Positions 38,823-53,400 of a stretch of DNA of 64,000 nucleotides are shown here, piece after piece. The stretch covers positions 117,986,001 through 118,050,000 of the forward strand of contig OX597817.1 in assembly GCA_951406725.2 (NCBI GenBank), written 5' to 3'. The stretch's first letter is position 1. Every line of letters starts with the position of its first letter. The DNA comes from Octopus vulgaris (lineage: Eukaryota). The position numbers were made by a program, and so were the translations under genes. The notes below the pieces were generated by a model that did no database searches, was not told where the DNA came from, and saw only the letters and a program-made list of their open reading frames with translations.

Positions 38823-40879
38823 TGTACGCATACGTATATATACTTATAAATATCAGGATAGATAAATATAGATGTAGATATAAATTCACTTACGTACATA
38901 TGCATATGTGTCTGTGTGTTTGTGTATGTGTGTTGGATATGGATGTGTCCGTACGAGCGAAGGCATTTATATTTGTACATTTGAGAATTTGGAAGACAGA
39001 GAATCCGAAATTCTATTCATTTTTATCTTAGTATATTTTGAAGAACTCTACAGATCTGAGTGCAGAAGGAATAAGTTTATCACGTGTAACAGTTGGACAA
39101 TTCAAAGTTTACGTTTCTTTATCTTCGTGCGATTTCAGAACTATTACACTTCAACCTAATCTTCATCTGTCTGTGATTTTCATGCTGCGCATAATACACT
39201 TTGAGTTCCTCTTATCGTTGATCTTTTAAGAGCAGAGAATAGGATTGCTAAGATGCATTTATGAGGAAAAAATTATAAATGCTATTAAGAGGTAACATTT
39301 GTTATTGAATTTACTAAAATTACGCTAAGAAGTATATAATCTGCAATAATGATCTGGAAGGACGAATGTGCTTTTGATTTTGTATTATTTTTGTTTTATG
39401 CTATGATGGCATAAATAAAACAAAATTCTTAGTTTGTTTATCTATTTAATCTGAAATACGTAATACCATTCATATATCAGGTTCATGTATCGTGATTAAA
39501 GCAAGCATTTTAGTAGGCAAATACGACTTCATAAATGAATAATTTCTAGTCGCTGATTTCAGAGAAGGAAATATCTGAAACTAATAATATTTAGCTTCTT
39601 ATATTTCCTTCGGTGGTTTAGGTAAGAAGAATATATTTTATATTATTTTTATCTGGAAAACGCGTAATATTATACGACATGTAAGTAAGAGTGAAATTAT
39701 ATTTCTGCACATTCTTTCATGCAGAAAATATTGTGAATCTCTGTTTTGGTCTGTAAATTTTCCTGTTTGTGTATTCAATTCTATGGATGAATGCACTACC
39801 ATATATGATGATTTTATTAATGTGGGTGTCTTCGCGTGCTCACATGACTTCTGCAGATCTTATATCAGCACGCAAAGTAACACACATATATACATGCACA
39901 ATATTTCATTTCTTACAAACGGTTCTTTTTATGTATTTCCTAAAAGTTAGTTTGAACAATCGCATACTTAGTCGCAACTAATCTATTCGCGAAGACATTT
40001 CTCATTTCACTGATTCTTTAGAGAAGTCTTACATTTTTCATTATGAAATCAATTTAACGAAACGTAAATATAATCGAATATCTATTCCTGGTCACTGGTG
40101 CTGCTTAAATTCTCAGTGAAGTATTCGTGTTAAATAATCCCTGAAACTGAATGTCTAGGTTGCTTGTGTATTCTGCCTATTGCTTTAAATATGCATTACT
40201 GATTGCTCACTAGAAATATGTAACTGATATGTTCAATGTCACAGTTTGTGAAATCATATTAGTAGCAAGTTATCTAGTGAGTTGAGTACATCCACCTGCA
40301 TTGTTTCTTCACCAGATACAGAAAAGATCGGGTAACTTTTGCATCAGACGGAAAGCTGTTTAGCAATAATAATAATATAGGATAGACTATTCGACTTCAT
40401 ATCGCTTCAATTACTGGTCGCTAGAGCAAAGATTTGGTGTTAAAGTGACTATACACTAATATTCATGAATTGTTTCGACTAAATATGAATGGAAATTCAC
40501 TCGATATTTAGTTAATAGTATATTTTATCCAGAGGCTTGCATATCATTTCAAATATTCTACTGGCGACATTGATATATTTTCTGCCATATAAATATCTGA
40601 TTTATTTGCTGATGTATTGATTTATTGATAAATTTATTAGATTACACTATGTATTAATTCACTAATTATTTTATGGACTAAATAAAGCGAATGCATTTTA
40701 CAAGAGAAAATATATACACATGTACATATGTGCGTGTATATATATATATATCTTTATATACATATATATCTATAACTATCTGTCTATCCATACATACATA
40801 CATACATACATACATACATACATACATGCATACATACATACTTACATATATATATACATATATCCGTTTAAAAACTTTT

Positions 40880-41250
40880 CACGTTGGATTACATATACAA
40901 GTACATGGCTCGCAAGAATATAAGTCATATACAGGGGATTCAGATAATTTATTCAAACTCGATTCTATTCACACAGAAATTCTTTCCGATAGCCCGACAA
41001 AGGGACAGCGACTAGTCTTCCAAAGCATGTCTGGGAATTGAAAGAGAACGACACTCGTCCTTTCAATTTAACCTGGAAAATCCTAGAAAAAGCATCAGCA
41101 TACAAACGCGGAGCTTATAAAAGACCTATGAAATTTAATCTTTGCTTCTCAGAGACGTTCTTCATCTTGTTCCAAGATAGAAATGCTTTGAACTAGAGAC
41201 GCGAACTCTCTAATTCCTGCCAGCACAGCACAAAATTTAAGATATCAACC
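40880..41250 (+). pseudogene. Penelope-like element GIY-YIG endonuclease remnant
   Basis: KSYTGDSDNLFK, then a frameshift into RFYSHRNSFR*...ATSLPKHVWELKEN...LTWKILEKASAY...NLCFSETFFI...ALN*RRELSNSCQHSTKF. This is the characteristic PLE endonuclease C-terminal pattern. Confidence 0.75.
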
Positions 41251-41680
41251 GACAAAATAGCATGGGGGTAAAATGTTTTGACTTTCGAAATATATTTTTG
41301 ACTGTCGTATTTGGAGTTGACTTTAGACGGTATAGTTATATTGCATCGCAATGCTAATGTATATTGCGACTTCATTCTTAAGAAAACCTTCGGCAGTTTT
41401 GTAAATTTAATTTCAAGCTTAAACTTCACTGAGGTTTATGTTTATTTTTTTTTAATTTTTACTCAGGTATTTAATTAAGTTACATCAAATTAATGTACAA
41501 TTTCCTTACTTTACATTTTAATATTTTAATATAAACACTGAACAGTATTTTAAAAAATTGTTTGCATATATACGTTATGATGTAGATATGCCTCTATATA
41601 TTTATGTGTATGTATGTATTTTAAGTATGTATATTTATGTATATGAAAGTATGTGTGTGTGCGTACACATAGGCGAGTGC

Positions 41681-41720
<40 letters not shown>

Positions 41721-41741
41721 ATATCTATATCTATATCTCTA

Positions 41742-41797
<56 letters not shown>

Positions 41798-41825
41798 TAT
41801 ATATATACATATATATGCAACAATC

Positions 41826-43805
41826 CTATGTGAAGGAGAAAGCAGACAAAGAAGCCTGGGTTATAAAAAACATTAAATCAAACCCAAAGGCCTTCTTTCT
41901 TTACGCGAAAGAAACAGCCTCAGTGCACTACAAGATAGGACCCCTCCTCTAAAAGGATGGCTCCCTCACAGACAGTCCACCTATGATCAGTGAGATGCTG
42001 AATGACCAGTTCAAAAGTGTCTTTACCACTCCGTTGGAACACAGACAAGTGAACGAACCAGTGGACTTCTTTGCCGCCTCACCTATAACCAGCGAGGCGG
42101 TTACAACAGAATGTATTGACATTAGCGAAAAAGATGTCCTACTAGCCATAGATGAAGTGGACACAAACTCAGCTGCTGGTCCAGACGGTTTCCCAGCCAT
42201 CCTCCTCAAAGCGTGTAAGCATGCCCTGGCAAAACCCCTCAAGATTCTCTTCCAGAGCTTTCTTGCGAATGGCAGACTGCCAAGCAAGCTGAAGGAGGGA
42301 ATAATATGCCCAATACATAAAGGGGGAAGTAGAGCAGATGCCAAAAACTATAGGCCTATCTCTCTGACTTCACAAATCAGCAAAGTCATGGAAAGGATAG
42401 TCAGAAAGAAACTAATCGCATTCCTTGAGGAAAATAACTTGCTGAGTAATACCCAGCATGGTTTTCGACCAGGGAGGAACTGCCTGACCCAGCTCTTACA
42501 GCATTATGACTAGGTGTTGAGGCAGTTACTCAACAAATCAAATGTGGACGTAATCTACCTTGATTTTGCAAAAGCTTTTGACAAGGTGGATCATGGTATG
42601 ATATGCCACAAACTACGTGACCTCGGCATAGCTGGAAAACTTGGAGTGTGGTTGCATGACTTCCTGAAAGATAGGAGTCAGGCAGTAGTGGTTAATGGAG
42701 CCACCTCTATGAACACACAAATAGTGAGCGGTGTTCGACAGGGCACCGTCTTGGGACCACTGCTTTTTATAGTGGCCCTCTCAGATATGCCCTCAAATGC
42801 CCGGATAGCCACTCTGGCCAGCTATGCAGACGATACGAAAGTCTCGCAGAAAATACAGAACCCCAGCGATGTTGCACACCTGCAACAGGAGTTAGACTCA
42901 ATCTACAGATGACCTGAGAATAATAATATGCAGTTTAATGCTGAAAACTTTCAGGCCCTGCGCTACCAGCATCCAATATTGAATATTAAACTTACAGGAT
43001 ACACCGGTCCACAGGGAATTTCAATCCCAGAGCCTAAGTCTGTGAGGGACCTGAGTATCGACAGAAGTGATGATACCTCTTTCCAAGTGCACATTACCAA
43101 GATGGGGACAAAGTGCAGACGACTGTCTGGGTGGATCCTAAGAACATTCAGAACCAGAGATAAGGAAACCATGATGGTCCTCTGGCGGGCATTCGTCCTC
43201 AGTCGCCTGGATTACTGCTCACAGCTGTGGTCACCCACCGGTGTAAAATTAATAGCGGACCTTGAAGTAATCCAGAGCAGATTCACAAAGAAGATCGTCT
43301 CTTTGCAACTGCTCAGCTACTGGGAAAGGTTGAAACAGCTAAGACTCTACTCCCTGGCGAGAAGACGGGAGAGGTATGCAGTAATATATGTCTGGAAGAT
43401 CCTGGAAGAAATTGTGCCAAATTTTGGCATTGTAAGCTACACCAATGCTAGAACGGGACGACACTGCATAGTGCCAAAGATCCCAGCAAAGCCATCACGC
43501 TTCAGGACCAGCTTCTGCAACAGCATGGGTTTCAAGGGCCCACAGCTTTTTAATATTCTCCCAAAAAGTCTGAGGAACTTGCACAAAGTAGATGTAGCGG
43601 TTTTTAAATCAAAGCTGGACATCTTCCTGTCAAGAGTCCCAGATGAACCTACCTCACGGCAAGAGGTGCAAATGAGAGTAGCTGTATCAAACTCCATCCT
43701 TCACCAAGTGCCACATATTAGATGAAGTTCGTCGCAATAACAGTGTAGCACAAAACGGCGGTGCATCAGCATGGCCGCAGCTCTGAGCTGAAACTAGAAA
43801 AAAAA
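41826..43805 (+). mobile_element. 5'-truncated CR1-group LINE (RT pseudogene + 3' UTR + A tail)
   Basis: One frame broken by three stops (41950, 42511, 42910). Motifs [73 protein letters not shown]. Ends ...gagctgaaactag(A)n. Confidence 0.93.
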
Positions 43806-43849
43806 CCCATATATATATAAATATATATATATGTGTGTGTGTGTGTATC

Positions 43850-44020
43850 GCAAAATTACTAGGAAATTCTGGCCATTGAATGACGAGGAAATAAGCTGCG
43901 AATGGTACGTGTATCCTCTATTTGTCCAGTTTCCCGTCTGTTATGTTATCGTCTAGTTTTCAGTATGGATTTCCGGTTGCTGTGTTTTCGCCTTGTTGTG
44001 TTCTTTCTGTTCAACACTTG
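43850..44020. repeat. Unclassified interspersed repeat (same family as 2337-2870 and 13530-13655)
   Basis: Reverse-complement similarity by eye (caagtgttgaacagaaagaac; tagacgataaca; gatacacgtaccattc). Confidence 0.55.
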
Positions 44021-44049
44021 AGTTTAAATATATATATATAAATTAATAA

Positions 44050-44414
44050 TAATAATATTAGGGAATAAATCCAAACTTACAGGGAAAAATTAGATTTAAG
44101 ATTAAATCCAATTTTATAGTATAAATATATTATATTACTATATTAAATTAGAGATAAAACCACTATTAGGCAAATCAAACAAAATAAAAAAATAAAGTAA
44201 TTAATTAATTAATTAATTAATTAAATAAATAATATATAAATATGAAAATATACATACATATATATATTTGTATATATATATAAAATTTATTAGTTTAAAT
44301 TCTTTAAATAATTTTTTATTCTTAACTTTTATATTTTTAAATTAATTTTATGTATTGGCTTATGTTTTTCACTGTTTGATTTGCCTAATAGTGGTTTTAT
44401 CTCTAATTTAATAT
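44050..44414. repeat. AT-rich fold-back element with 42-bp perfect inverted arms
   Basis: 44140-44181 (atattaaattagagataaaaccactattaggcaaatcaaaca) is the reverse complement of 44373-44414. A further copy of the arm lies at ~59621-59668. Confidence 0.8.
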
Positions 44415-44443
44415 GATATATATATATATATATATAGGGGTTA

Positions 44444-45705
44444 TAGGGGTTGGACAAAATAATGGAAAAACCTAGCATCATAGCATCATAATTTTGAAAT
44501 ATCTATAAAAGCGTCAAAAGCGTGTTTATGTTTATGTTATTTTCTATTTATCATTATTGTTGCTTAGTATCATTTGCTAAAATTGCTCTTTCCTTTCAGA
44601 TATAAGAAAAAAGGTAGTTAAAATGAATTAACATGACAGATCTATTGGACTTTCAAAGACGTTACACTCAATAAACAGTCCTGGCACGCGCTAGCGGAAC
44701 AAAAAACAGCTGAAATGTTTGTTGTATCAAGAAGTACTGTCTTGAAAGTAATGACAGCCTTTGAGAAAGAGGGAAAAAAACCTCCTTGTCGAAACAAAAC
44801 TCCGGAAGAAAGCCAAAACTTTCAGATAGGCCCTGTTGGAATCCTCCACGAATTGTTAGAAAGTATCACAAATGTACAGCTCCCAAAATTTCTGCAGAGC
44901 TTAATGACCACCTCGAGAACCCAGTTTCAAATAAAATTGTTCGCCGGGAGCTGAACAAAGCCGGATTTCACAGGAGTGCTGCAATCAGAAAACCACTAGT
45001 TTCAACAAACATTACAAAGCGATTAGAGTGGAGCAAAAAACCTACAGATTTGGTCCTTCGATCAGGGGCAGAATGCTATTTTCTCAGAATATTCATCCTT
45101 TACTTTATTTCCGAAAACTGGCCGAGTATATGTGTGGAGACAGCCAAAATAAACATTTCACCCAGACTGCTTTGTTCCAACTGTTAAACATGGAGGAGGA
45201 TCTGTGATGATTGGGGTGGGGTATACCTTGGAAATCCGCAAGCCTTCGTGACATAATTAATATTCAAGACTATTTAAGTATTTTATCTGATCCAATTCAT
45301 CTAATGGTTGCGGAAATGTTTCCGGAATGAAACGCACTCTTTCAGGATGATACCCTACTAATTTAAACAGCTAAAGTTGTTACTGAATGGCACGAGGAAC
45401 ATTCTAGTGAAGTTGAGCATCTTATCTGGCCACCACAATCCCCAGATCTCAATATTATTGAACATTTATGGTGCATTTTAGAAAAACATGTATGAGGTCG
45501 ATAACATCCTCCATCATCACTACGAAAACTGGAGACTGTTTTAGCTGAAATATGGACACAAATTCCTTTGGAAACAATTCAAACATTCTAGGAGTCCATA
45601 CTGCGTAGAATTCAAGTTGTAATTACTACCAAAGGCGGTCCTACCTCTTACTAAAGTAAATTTGTTTGAAAGTTTAGTGCTTCCATTATTTTGTGTAAAC
45701 CCCTC
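44444..45705 (+). mobile_element. Full-length Tc1-like transposon, decayed transposase
   Basis: TA|taggggttggacaaaataatggaa ... ttccattattttgtgtaaacccctc|TA. Motifs SGRKPKLSDR, AAIRKPL, FQDD, WPPQSPDLNIIEHLW. Confidence 0.9.
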
Positions 45706-45937
45706 TATATATCCACGCAGAGGAACACATATTGAGCTTTAATTCAAAGCCAAATTAGCTTGCTCACTGTGGGGTGGTTATCTCCCCTGTCAGTAGATAG
45801 ACAATGAGTTTCTTGTGACTATAAGGGTTATTGACTCTTGTTTCTATCAATGTAGATGCTAACATGCACCCCCAGTGACAATAGAATTTTTCCTTATATA
45901 TTTGGTTTTATATTGCGTCTAGGTACCTTCGTTATGT

Positions 45938-46002
<65 letters not shown>

Positions 46003-46131
46003 ATACCTGTACACTTACTGTACACTCATACTTACACATGGTTTTATACGATAACAATTCAGTTGCGCACAATTAGAAAGTAACACACAACACAGGCAAG
46101 TAAATATATATATACAAACCATATATATATG

Positions 46132-46190
<59 letters not shown>

Positions 46191-46192
<2 letters not shown>

Positions 46193-46454
46193 CTTCCTAG
46201 GTGTAATCCCATGGTCAGCCATGACCCTGCCAGCACAAGTCCGGGTAAAGCTGTTTATGGAAGACCAACAGTCACCCATTCATACCGGCCTTCCCTCTCC
46301 ACACCACCAGTGTTATCCAAGGGAAAGGCAAAGGCCGATACAACTTGGCACTTGTGACGTTGCATCTCATTTATACTGCTGAGTGAACTGGAGCAACGTG
46401 AAACAAAGTGTCAATATCGTAAGCTCGATGCTCTAACCACCGAGCCATGCGCCT

Positions 46455-46455
<1 letters not shown>
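46191..46455 (-). mobile_element. tRNA-derived SINE with B-box region deleted
   Basis: Minus strand aggcgcatggctcggtggttagagcatcgag (A box) is joined to cactttgtttcacgttgctccagttcactcagc (Meta/V-like central domain). Confidence 0.7.
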
Positions 46456-46536
<81 letters not shown>

Positions 46537-46609
46537 TACATTTATATATATATGAGTGTATTTCATATATGCATATATATATACATATTTGTATCTACAT
46601 ATGTATATG

Positions 46610-46656
<47 letters not shown>

Positions 46657-46665
46657 ATATATATG

Positions 46666-46763
<98 letters not shown>

Positions 46764-47669
46764 TATATGTATATACGAGTGTGCGTATTTGCATCCATCT
46801 GCTTCACTAATGTATAGTTGTCGTCACTTAATGGCTGTATTTCTAATTGTTATATCACGTGATGTTGAAACTAAAGTAAGCAAGTTAAAATTACGAATTC
46901 TGAATACAATTGATGTTATCATACTAGCCCGGTGTTAATTTGAAAGTTTGAACTTGAAAGTAATAAAACTAGCGCATCGTTATTTCGTTCTCTCTAATTT
47001 AGCTGTATGGAATCAATGGAAGCCAGTCGTACAGATACAATTATATCTCCCATCACACAGTACGAGAGAAGCCTGTTCTGAGAATTTGTTGATTTCTAAC
47101 GAGTTTATACAGGCAATATTTCTCTCTCATAATGGGAAATACTAAAACGTACACGGAATTTTATAGAGTTTTCATGATTTCCTATTATACATTTACAGGA
47201 AGACTATGAAATTATAAAAACATGATTAGGCTTTATTTTTCCAATACGCATTTAAATGATTGTAATATAGCCGTGGCTTGGTGTTATTATTAGATTTAAC
47301 ATTACAGGGATGTGAGGACTTTATTGAATTAACATCCATCTAACAAGGACTTTTAACTTTGTCTGTTACAAAAAAAAAATAAAACTTCACTTTTGTATAT
47401 TTTCTCTGTAGTCGATCGAAGGCTCAAGACCTATCTATTTGTATAACTTGAAAATCTTTATCTGCTGACCTATGCTTTGTTAAACTAAATAAATGTTCTC
47501 TATATTTTCTCATTCTTATTATTCATATATATATATATAACGATTTAAATTAGTGAGTATGTATTTTATTTCACATGTATATATGAGTGTAGTTATACTT
47601 TTGCGTTGCCGGGTGTATGCTTGTAAGTATTTTTTTTATATATCCATATCTAGTTAGAGTTAAAAGTAA

Positions 47670-47712
<43 letters not shown>

Positions 47713-47999
47713 CACATATGAATGAATACTGAAACCTAGCAATAGTATAAATTTAGAAATGTTAAATTAAATTGAACCAATATATTACTGGCTATTCTTT
47801 GATTTAACTCTGAATGTGAAAAAGTAAATTCTGCTGACTCTGTATTTCCGTTTAGAACTGAAAACTTTAGCGTATATTACAGGTTCTTTAAATTGCATTC
47901 GACTTGCAATTCTCTAATAAAGGAACAATGATGAAGACAATAAACCGCATATGTATACTGAGTTAAGTTCTCGCAGCTACCTTTTCCAAGCATTTACTT

Positions 48000-50420
48000 C
48001 CATTTCGCTCCACAGGGCTGTCAATTTCACTTGCTCCGGTTTAATTCTGTAAGATCGCAAAGCTCCTTTTTATGATACGTCTCACTGGGTTACTTTCCAC
48101 GATAGTTAACACCCAAGTACCAATCTCAAGATCCTACATGTCCTCATTGAAGCAGTTTTTCATCATACTCTACCACAATTTATCCAGCAAATTTCTCAAA
48201 CCCGGTTGTTAATGCTCCCAGGTAAACTACAACTACTACTGAAATAACAGTTACTCTCTTCATCGACCACAGTCGTGCAATTTCATTTAGAAATTTGCAT
48301 TTTTCAATCTATTCCAATACTTTAGCCCCCACTCCTGCATTCTCATATATGGCAACATCTATGGTCTTATCTCCTACTTGAGTTTAGCACTACAGCAATG
48401 TCTGATGTCTGAGTATCAATCACTGAGTCACAATGAATAGTAAAATCACTTAAAATCATATACTCATTCTTGGTGACACCTTTTGATTCATATTCGTACC
48501 ATTTCTCTGCACATTCAAAAGCATACTTCTCACAGAATCTTCAGTGAAGTCACTTGGTTGCTATATCATGTATCGTTTCGTATCCCCCATGGGCTCACTC
48601 ATAATACGTAAGATTGTTTCGGCTGTGATGTCACACATCCTAAAAGCGGTGAGCCACTGTGATTAACTATATGGAACTTGGTGTAATTACTTCTCAGAGA
48701 CTGTTCCGGGGCGCTGCATATCAATGCCTCAGTGAATCCTTTCATATCCCTTTTCCTCAGCAATTTCCAATTATTCATCTTACTTTTACTTTCCCTTTCT
48801 CAGAGGCGTTGCGCACGCATCGCTTTCACTTTCCAATTGTTTAATGTGTTCTTCATCTTTGTTTCTTAAAATTACTTTCTGTGGGCCACATTTCCATTAG
48901 GTATCGTGTTGTTTCTAACAGTAGCGAACAAATGTTCAATTAACTGTATGATGTACCATCCCAAATGATGTTCTTCGCTGATAACACAAAACGTGCATCC
49001 TATGAAAACTCCTCCTTCTCCTTTGTATCTAGTTACATAAAAGGGGGTACCCAAAAGTAACTGGAAACGTTTATCTGTGAGACAGGCCCTTTGTTGTACA
49101 GGCTTCCACCGCTAAAAGCCTATTGATAAAACCCTCAGGTATCAGTCTGCCAACTAGCGCCGTCAAGTGAATACCTAGTGCAACGTGGTGAGTCTTTGTT
49201 TGCTGTGCTCCTCCCCTGTTCACCAACTTATTTGCGGTTGCTGCAACAAAGTAACAGTTAGCTTCCGTGAAATTCTCTTTTATGCTGGGGAAAACGACGG
49301 CCGAAACAACTGCCATACTTCAAACAGCTTACAAGTGCGCTGCCATGAGCGAAACACAAGTTTACGAGTGGTTTTTACTCTTTAGGAATAAGCACTTGTG
49401 CTTGAAGATCAAACACGGTAAGGGTGACCATCGACCTCTCGAACGAATGAAAACATCATGAAAATTCACGAACTGATCTTAGAAGACCATCGCCAAACAA
49501 TTGACGAACTAGTTGATATTGTGTCCTGGAGATCCTGCCAACGAATTTTCAGGGAGGAATTGTAAATTAAAAAAGTTGCAGCAACATTTGCGCCGCGCTT
49601 GGTCAGGGAAGATCAAAAGTAGTTACAACCGAATGTGCGTCGTGAATTGAAAGAACAGGTGAAAGTTGATCTGATAATTTTTCAGAAAGTCATCACTGGT
49701 AACGAAATTTGGTGATACGGCTTCGACCCGAAAACAAAGCAGCAATCAAGTCAATGGAAGCATTCAATGTCAGCACGCTCCCTCCAAATCGCGTGAGGTG
49801 CTGATTTTATTCATTAATGTGACAGGAATTGTTCACACAGAATTTGTTCCTCCTGGTCAAACTGCTAAACTGGCATTTTACTTGGCAGTTCTGAAGAGTT
49901 CTGAAAACACTCCGACCTGTGGCAAAATAGAAAGTGGTAAATTCATCACGACAATGCTCCTGCGCACAACACTTTGGGACAATTTTTGCCAGAAATGGCA
50001 TGACCTCGCTTACCTACACTCCCTTTTCGCCCGATTATGCTCCCAAAGACTGATTTTTGTTCCCCCGAATTAAAAGGTCCTTAAAGGTAAACGTTTTGCC
50101 GATGTGAAAGATGTGAAGAAAAAAACCGACGGAGGCGTTAAAAGACATCACTTCGCAAAAGTTCCAGGAGTGCTTCGAACAGTGGAAAACGTATCTGAAC
50201 AAACGTTTTGCTTCAAATGGAGAATACTTTGAAGTCGATATAAATGTAAATATATAAAACTAAATGAATAAAATAATATTGCAAAATTCCAGTTTTTCTT
50301 TGGTTCCTCTTCGTACTGTCTATCGATATCACATTCGGGGTGCAGCACCTTGTTCACTGTCATCACTTGCCTGTTTTTTCTCTATACGTTTCCTCAAGTT
50401 CGGTCTTTGTCGGTCTAACA
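48000..50420 (-). pseudogene. Old R4/Dong-type LINE remnant interrupted by a mariner
   Basis: MTVNKVLHPECDIDRQY|VTRYKGEGG is split at the Tyr codon by the mariner. Downstream: LH*RFCEKYAFECAEKWYEY...ILSDFTIHCD. Confidence 0.65.
49040..50313 (+). mobile_element. mariner transposon, decayed
   Basis: TA at 49038-49039 and 50314-50315; imperfect TIRs (agggggtacccaaaagtaactggaa / ttccagtttttctttggttcctctt). Motifs KFSFMLGKTTAET..AAMSETQVYEWF, ITGNEIW*YGFDPKTKQQSSQW, HHDNAPAH. Confidence 0.88.
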
Positions 50421-53400
50421 GCGCCTGCAACGTATCGTATTAAGGAGACCGCCCATTTATTCATTGCACTGTTTTTATTATTAACTTTGAGTCTACACGC
50501 TATAATTAATTTGGTTTTCTGAGGTATTCTCGACTTTAGCTTTCCTTCATCGCACTCACCTTGATTTCGTTATGCTCCAAAATACCCGACTGTGTTCATA
50601 CAAAATTGTTGTCACTTAGAATTCACAGACTCAGCTAATATCACAAAACCATTATTTATGGACACAGTGATATGCTAGCGCTTATACTCTATGAGTACAA
50701 ACTTAATTATTTCACTAAAGAGATGCTTAATATTTTCGTCTCCTTTTTCATAGATTCTGCTTTTGACCACTGTGCGTATTTTCACAATCTATGCCAGCAT
50801 CAGAACAATTCTAATGGCTTGTATCACAGTGACTACAATTCGTGTTCTTGATTCAGATTTCTCTCTGTCAGCAGCAATCAGCTTTCTTTACATATTGGAT
50901 TCATTGCATGAATTCTTCATTTTATTCCATATCCTAAATATTTGCCCTACCTTCCATCTAAGTTTGAATTCTACTGTGTGTGGATATGTTTTTCATATTT
51001 CTATCTGTCCATAGTATACTTTCTGCTCTACATAGAACATAGTTCTACAAACATAAAATTGTTAATGGAGTTATCTGTATTTAACAAGCATTTGTATTTT
51101 TCTCTCGAATTCCTCTAGTTCTATCTTAGTCTATTTTTGAAAAGGAGCCGTGGATCTTAATACTGGCGTGGTCCATATATTCATTACGTTGACAATATTC
51201 TCTCTGCTTTTCTCTTTTTTTTCGAAAGTCTTCCTACTGCTTCTTTTGATATCTTTGGAAATATTCTTTCTCGTATCTCCTTTCCATCACCCTATCATCA
51301 TGCAACATCCTAGTTATCTTCCTCGTTCATTATTTCACAGTGATCTATGACATTTTTTAATGCTGTAATTTTACACCATTAGAGTTTATCTTCACGCCTC
51401 TTTTCATACTTAATACAGCGCACTTATTTACCCACACTGTTTTCCAATATTCTTGTTGAATACTCTTACAGTTTAGATTAGAAAATTGAAATGCTTTTCA
51501 TTTTTTGTGTACATTTTCCGGTGATACATATTGAGACTTTTATTTTCACTGTTTCGACAAAATCTTAGGATGGCTTGGAATTTCACAATATGATTGTGTG
51601 AGCGACTAACATAAACTACAATGAAGTGAAGAATTTTTCATGGAATATAGACTTGCATACTTTCACTTTTCCTAACGATTCATTGCCTTATTTTCAAAAA
51701 ACACAAAAGCGGAAAAAGTTCTTATCTTATCATTGACCCCCAACGGGCGTCCTCAAGGACTGCCCCAACCCAAACTATGGAACATTATCACAAACTTTCT
51801 TCTACTCTATCATACAAAAACTCGTGTTCTCTCTTATTCATACTTTAATATCATGCTATCAATTTATAGCAATTACCAATGACTCAGAGATAATTTTCTA
51901 AATTTTTTCGCCGCCTAGTAAAAACCAGCTTCTCTAGAATCTAGCATGAAGGCAATTTAGTTATTTCCACATTTTATAAACCTATAATTATTGACATCAC
52001 CTCTGTTTTTTATCCTTCGGTATTAGCACTGATTTTCTTTTTGGCATTCCATTTTCTATGCAGTCAACAATCAAAAGGTCAGATATTGCAATGAGAAACT
52101 TTTGAGTCAGAATACCTGTACACCACCAGGTTCGAAGGCTTTCCCTTTTAGTATTTGTTTTAAACTATTTTGCATTTAAATTGACATTTTCCATAGCCCG
52201 TCTAATTCCATTTTATCTACATGTTGGTTCGTAATTAATTCCTGTGGAAACTAGAGCTCTTGAAGCGCATCTATTTCGAGCTAGACTAAAGGTATGTTGT
52301 GTTGATGTATGCAAATGACCTTTCCGTAAGAGCCCTATACACCAAAGAATAGGAGGTACTTAAGGACATTCTAATTAAAGTGGTGGCGATTGCAGAATTA
52401 AATGATATATTAGGACGTGTTGGTAATTGAAACAGAAAACCAAGCTATCGAACAGCTCATTGTTTGCTGAACAGAGAAAGTAGTTAAGGAGATCGGGGGT
52501 CAGTTTAGTTTGATAAGAAGTGATGCGAAGGAACAGAGAAGAAAGAATATCTGTTGGGCAGCATATGTAGCAATTTCAATGTTTATTGAAAATTTTAAAA
52601 TTTGGTATATTGACGTAATTTCCCACGCTGAATCGCATGAAACATTTAACTTTTTCCAGAAAATATTTCAAAACGTTAGAGGCTGAAAGTTTGATCATTT
52701 TTACTTACTACTTATTCAGGATTTGCAAGCTGCCATTTTGTGCGTGACAGTACATGTTGTCAAATGAAATATTGTCGGAATTCTACTGTACTCACGCACT
52801 ATAACCTTTCATAGCATGTTTTATTGTTTGGAATTTTCAGAAATGATTTGCGAATTTGTACTCTACACACACGAATTCATACGATTGTGCAAAATCAAAA
52901 ACAAAAATGGGATTCGTTACTTAGGGCCTATTTATCTGTTATTTTTAGCACGTCTCAGACCACCCTAATGAGTAGAATATATCTGTCGAACCATGTGCTT
53001 TCTCACAGATAAAAAACTTCTCATGCTTAGCTTGTTACTATGTAAATAGCCTTATATTTGGCTAAAATTACCCCAGCATTTGAAAGATTTAAACTCATTA
53101 TTTATTGATTTATGGCAAAAAGTAATTTTGTGCCAATGATCAGCGTACAAAACTATCATTATACCAAATATGAAATCAATTTGAACAAACATTGAAGAAA
53201 TTGAAAAGTGATAACCTAACAGAAAAGATCCCTGGGAACAAATTACGAAGAAGGTGGCCAGCTTCATTCAGAAAACGATTTAGAGAAATGTATTCATCCT
53301 AGGTTGAGAGGATCTACTCAATGATTATGTAACATCTATCATCTACTGCTGGCTAAAAAAACTTGCTTTACTCTTGGTCTGCTCTGAAAGTAATCGAGCG

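Noticed and set aside
42511-42912. Trp-derived TAG and TGA stops in the LINE RT that A-to-I editing could revert
   Set aside because: TGG to TAG/TGA are the commonest nonsense changes, and the copy is 5'-truncated with a third stop; nothing indicates function.
50500-52160. Very old LINE remnant (also 61156-61420)
   Set aside because: Only hints of RT-like motifs; boundaries and clade cannot be supported by eye.
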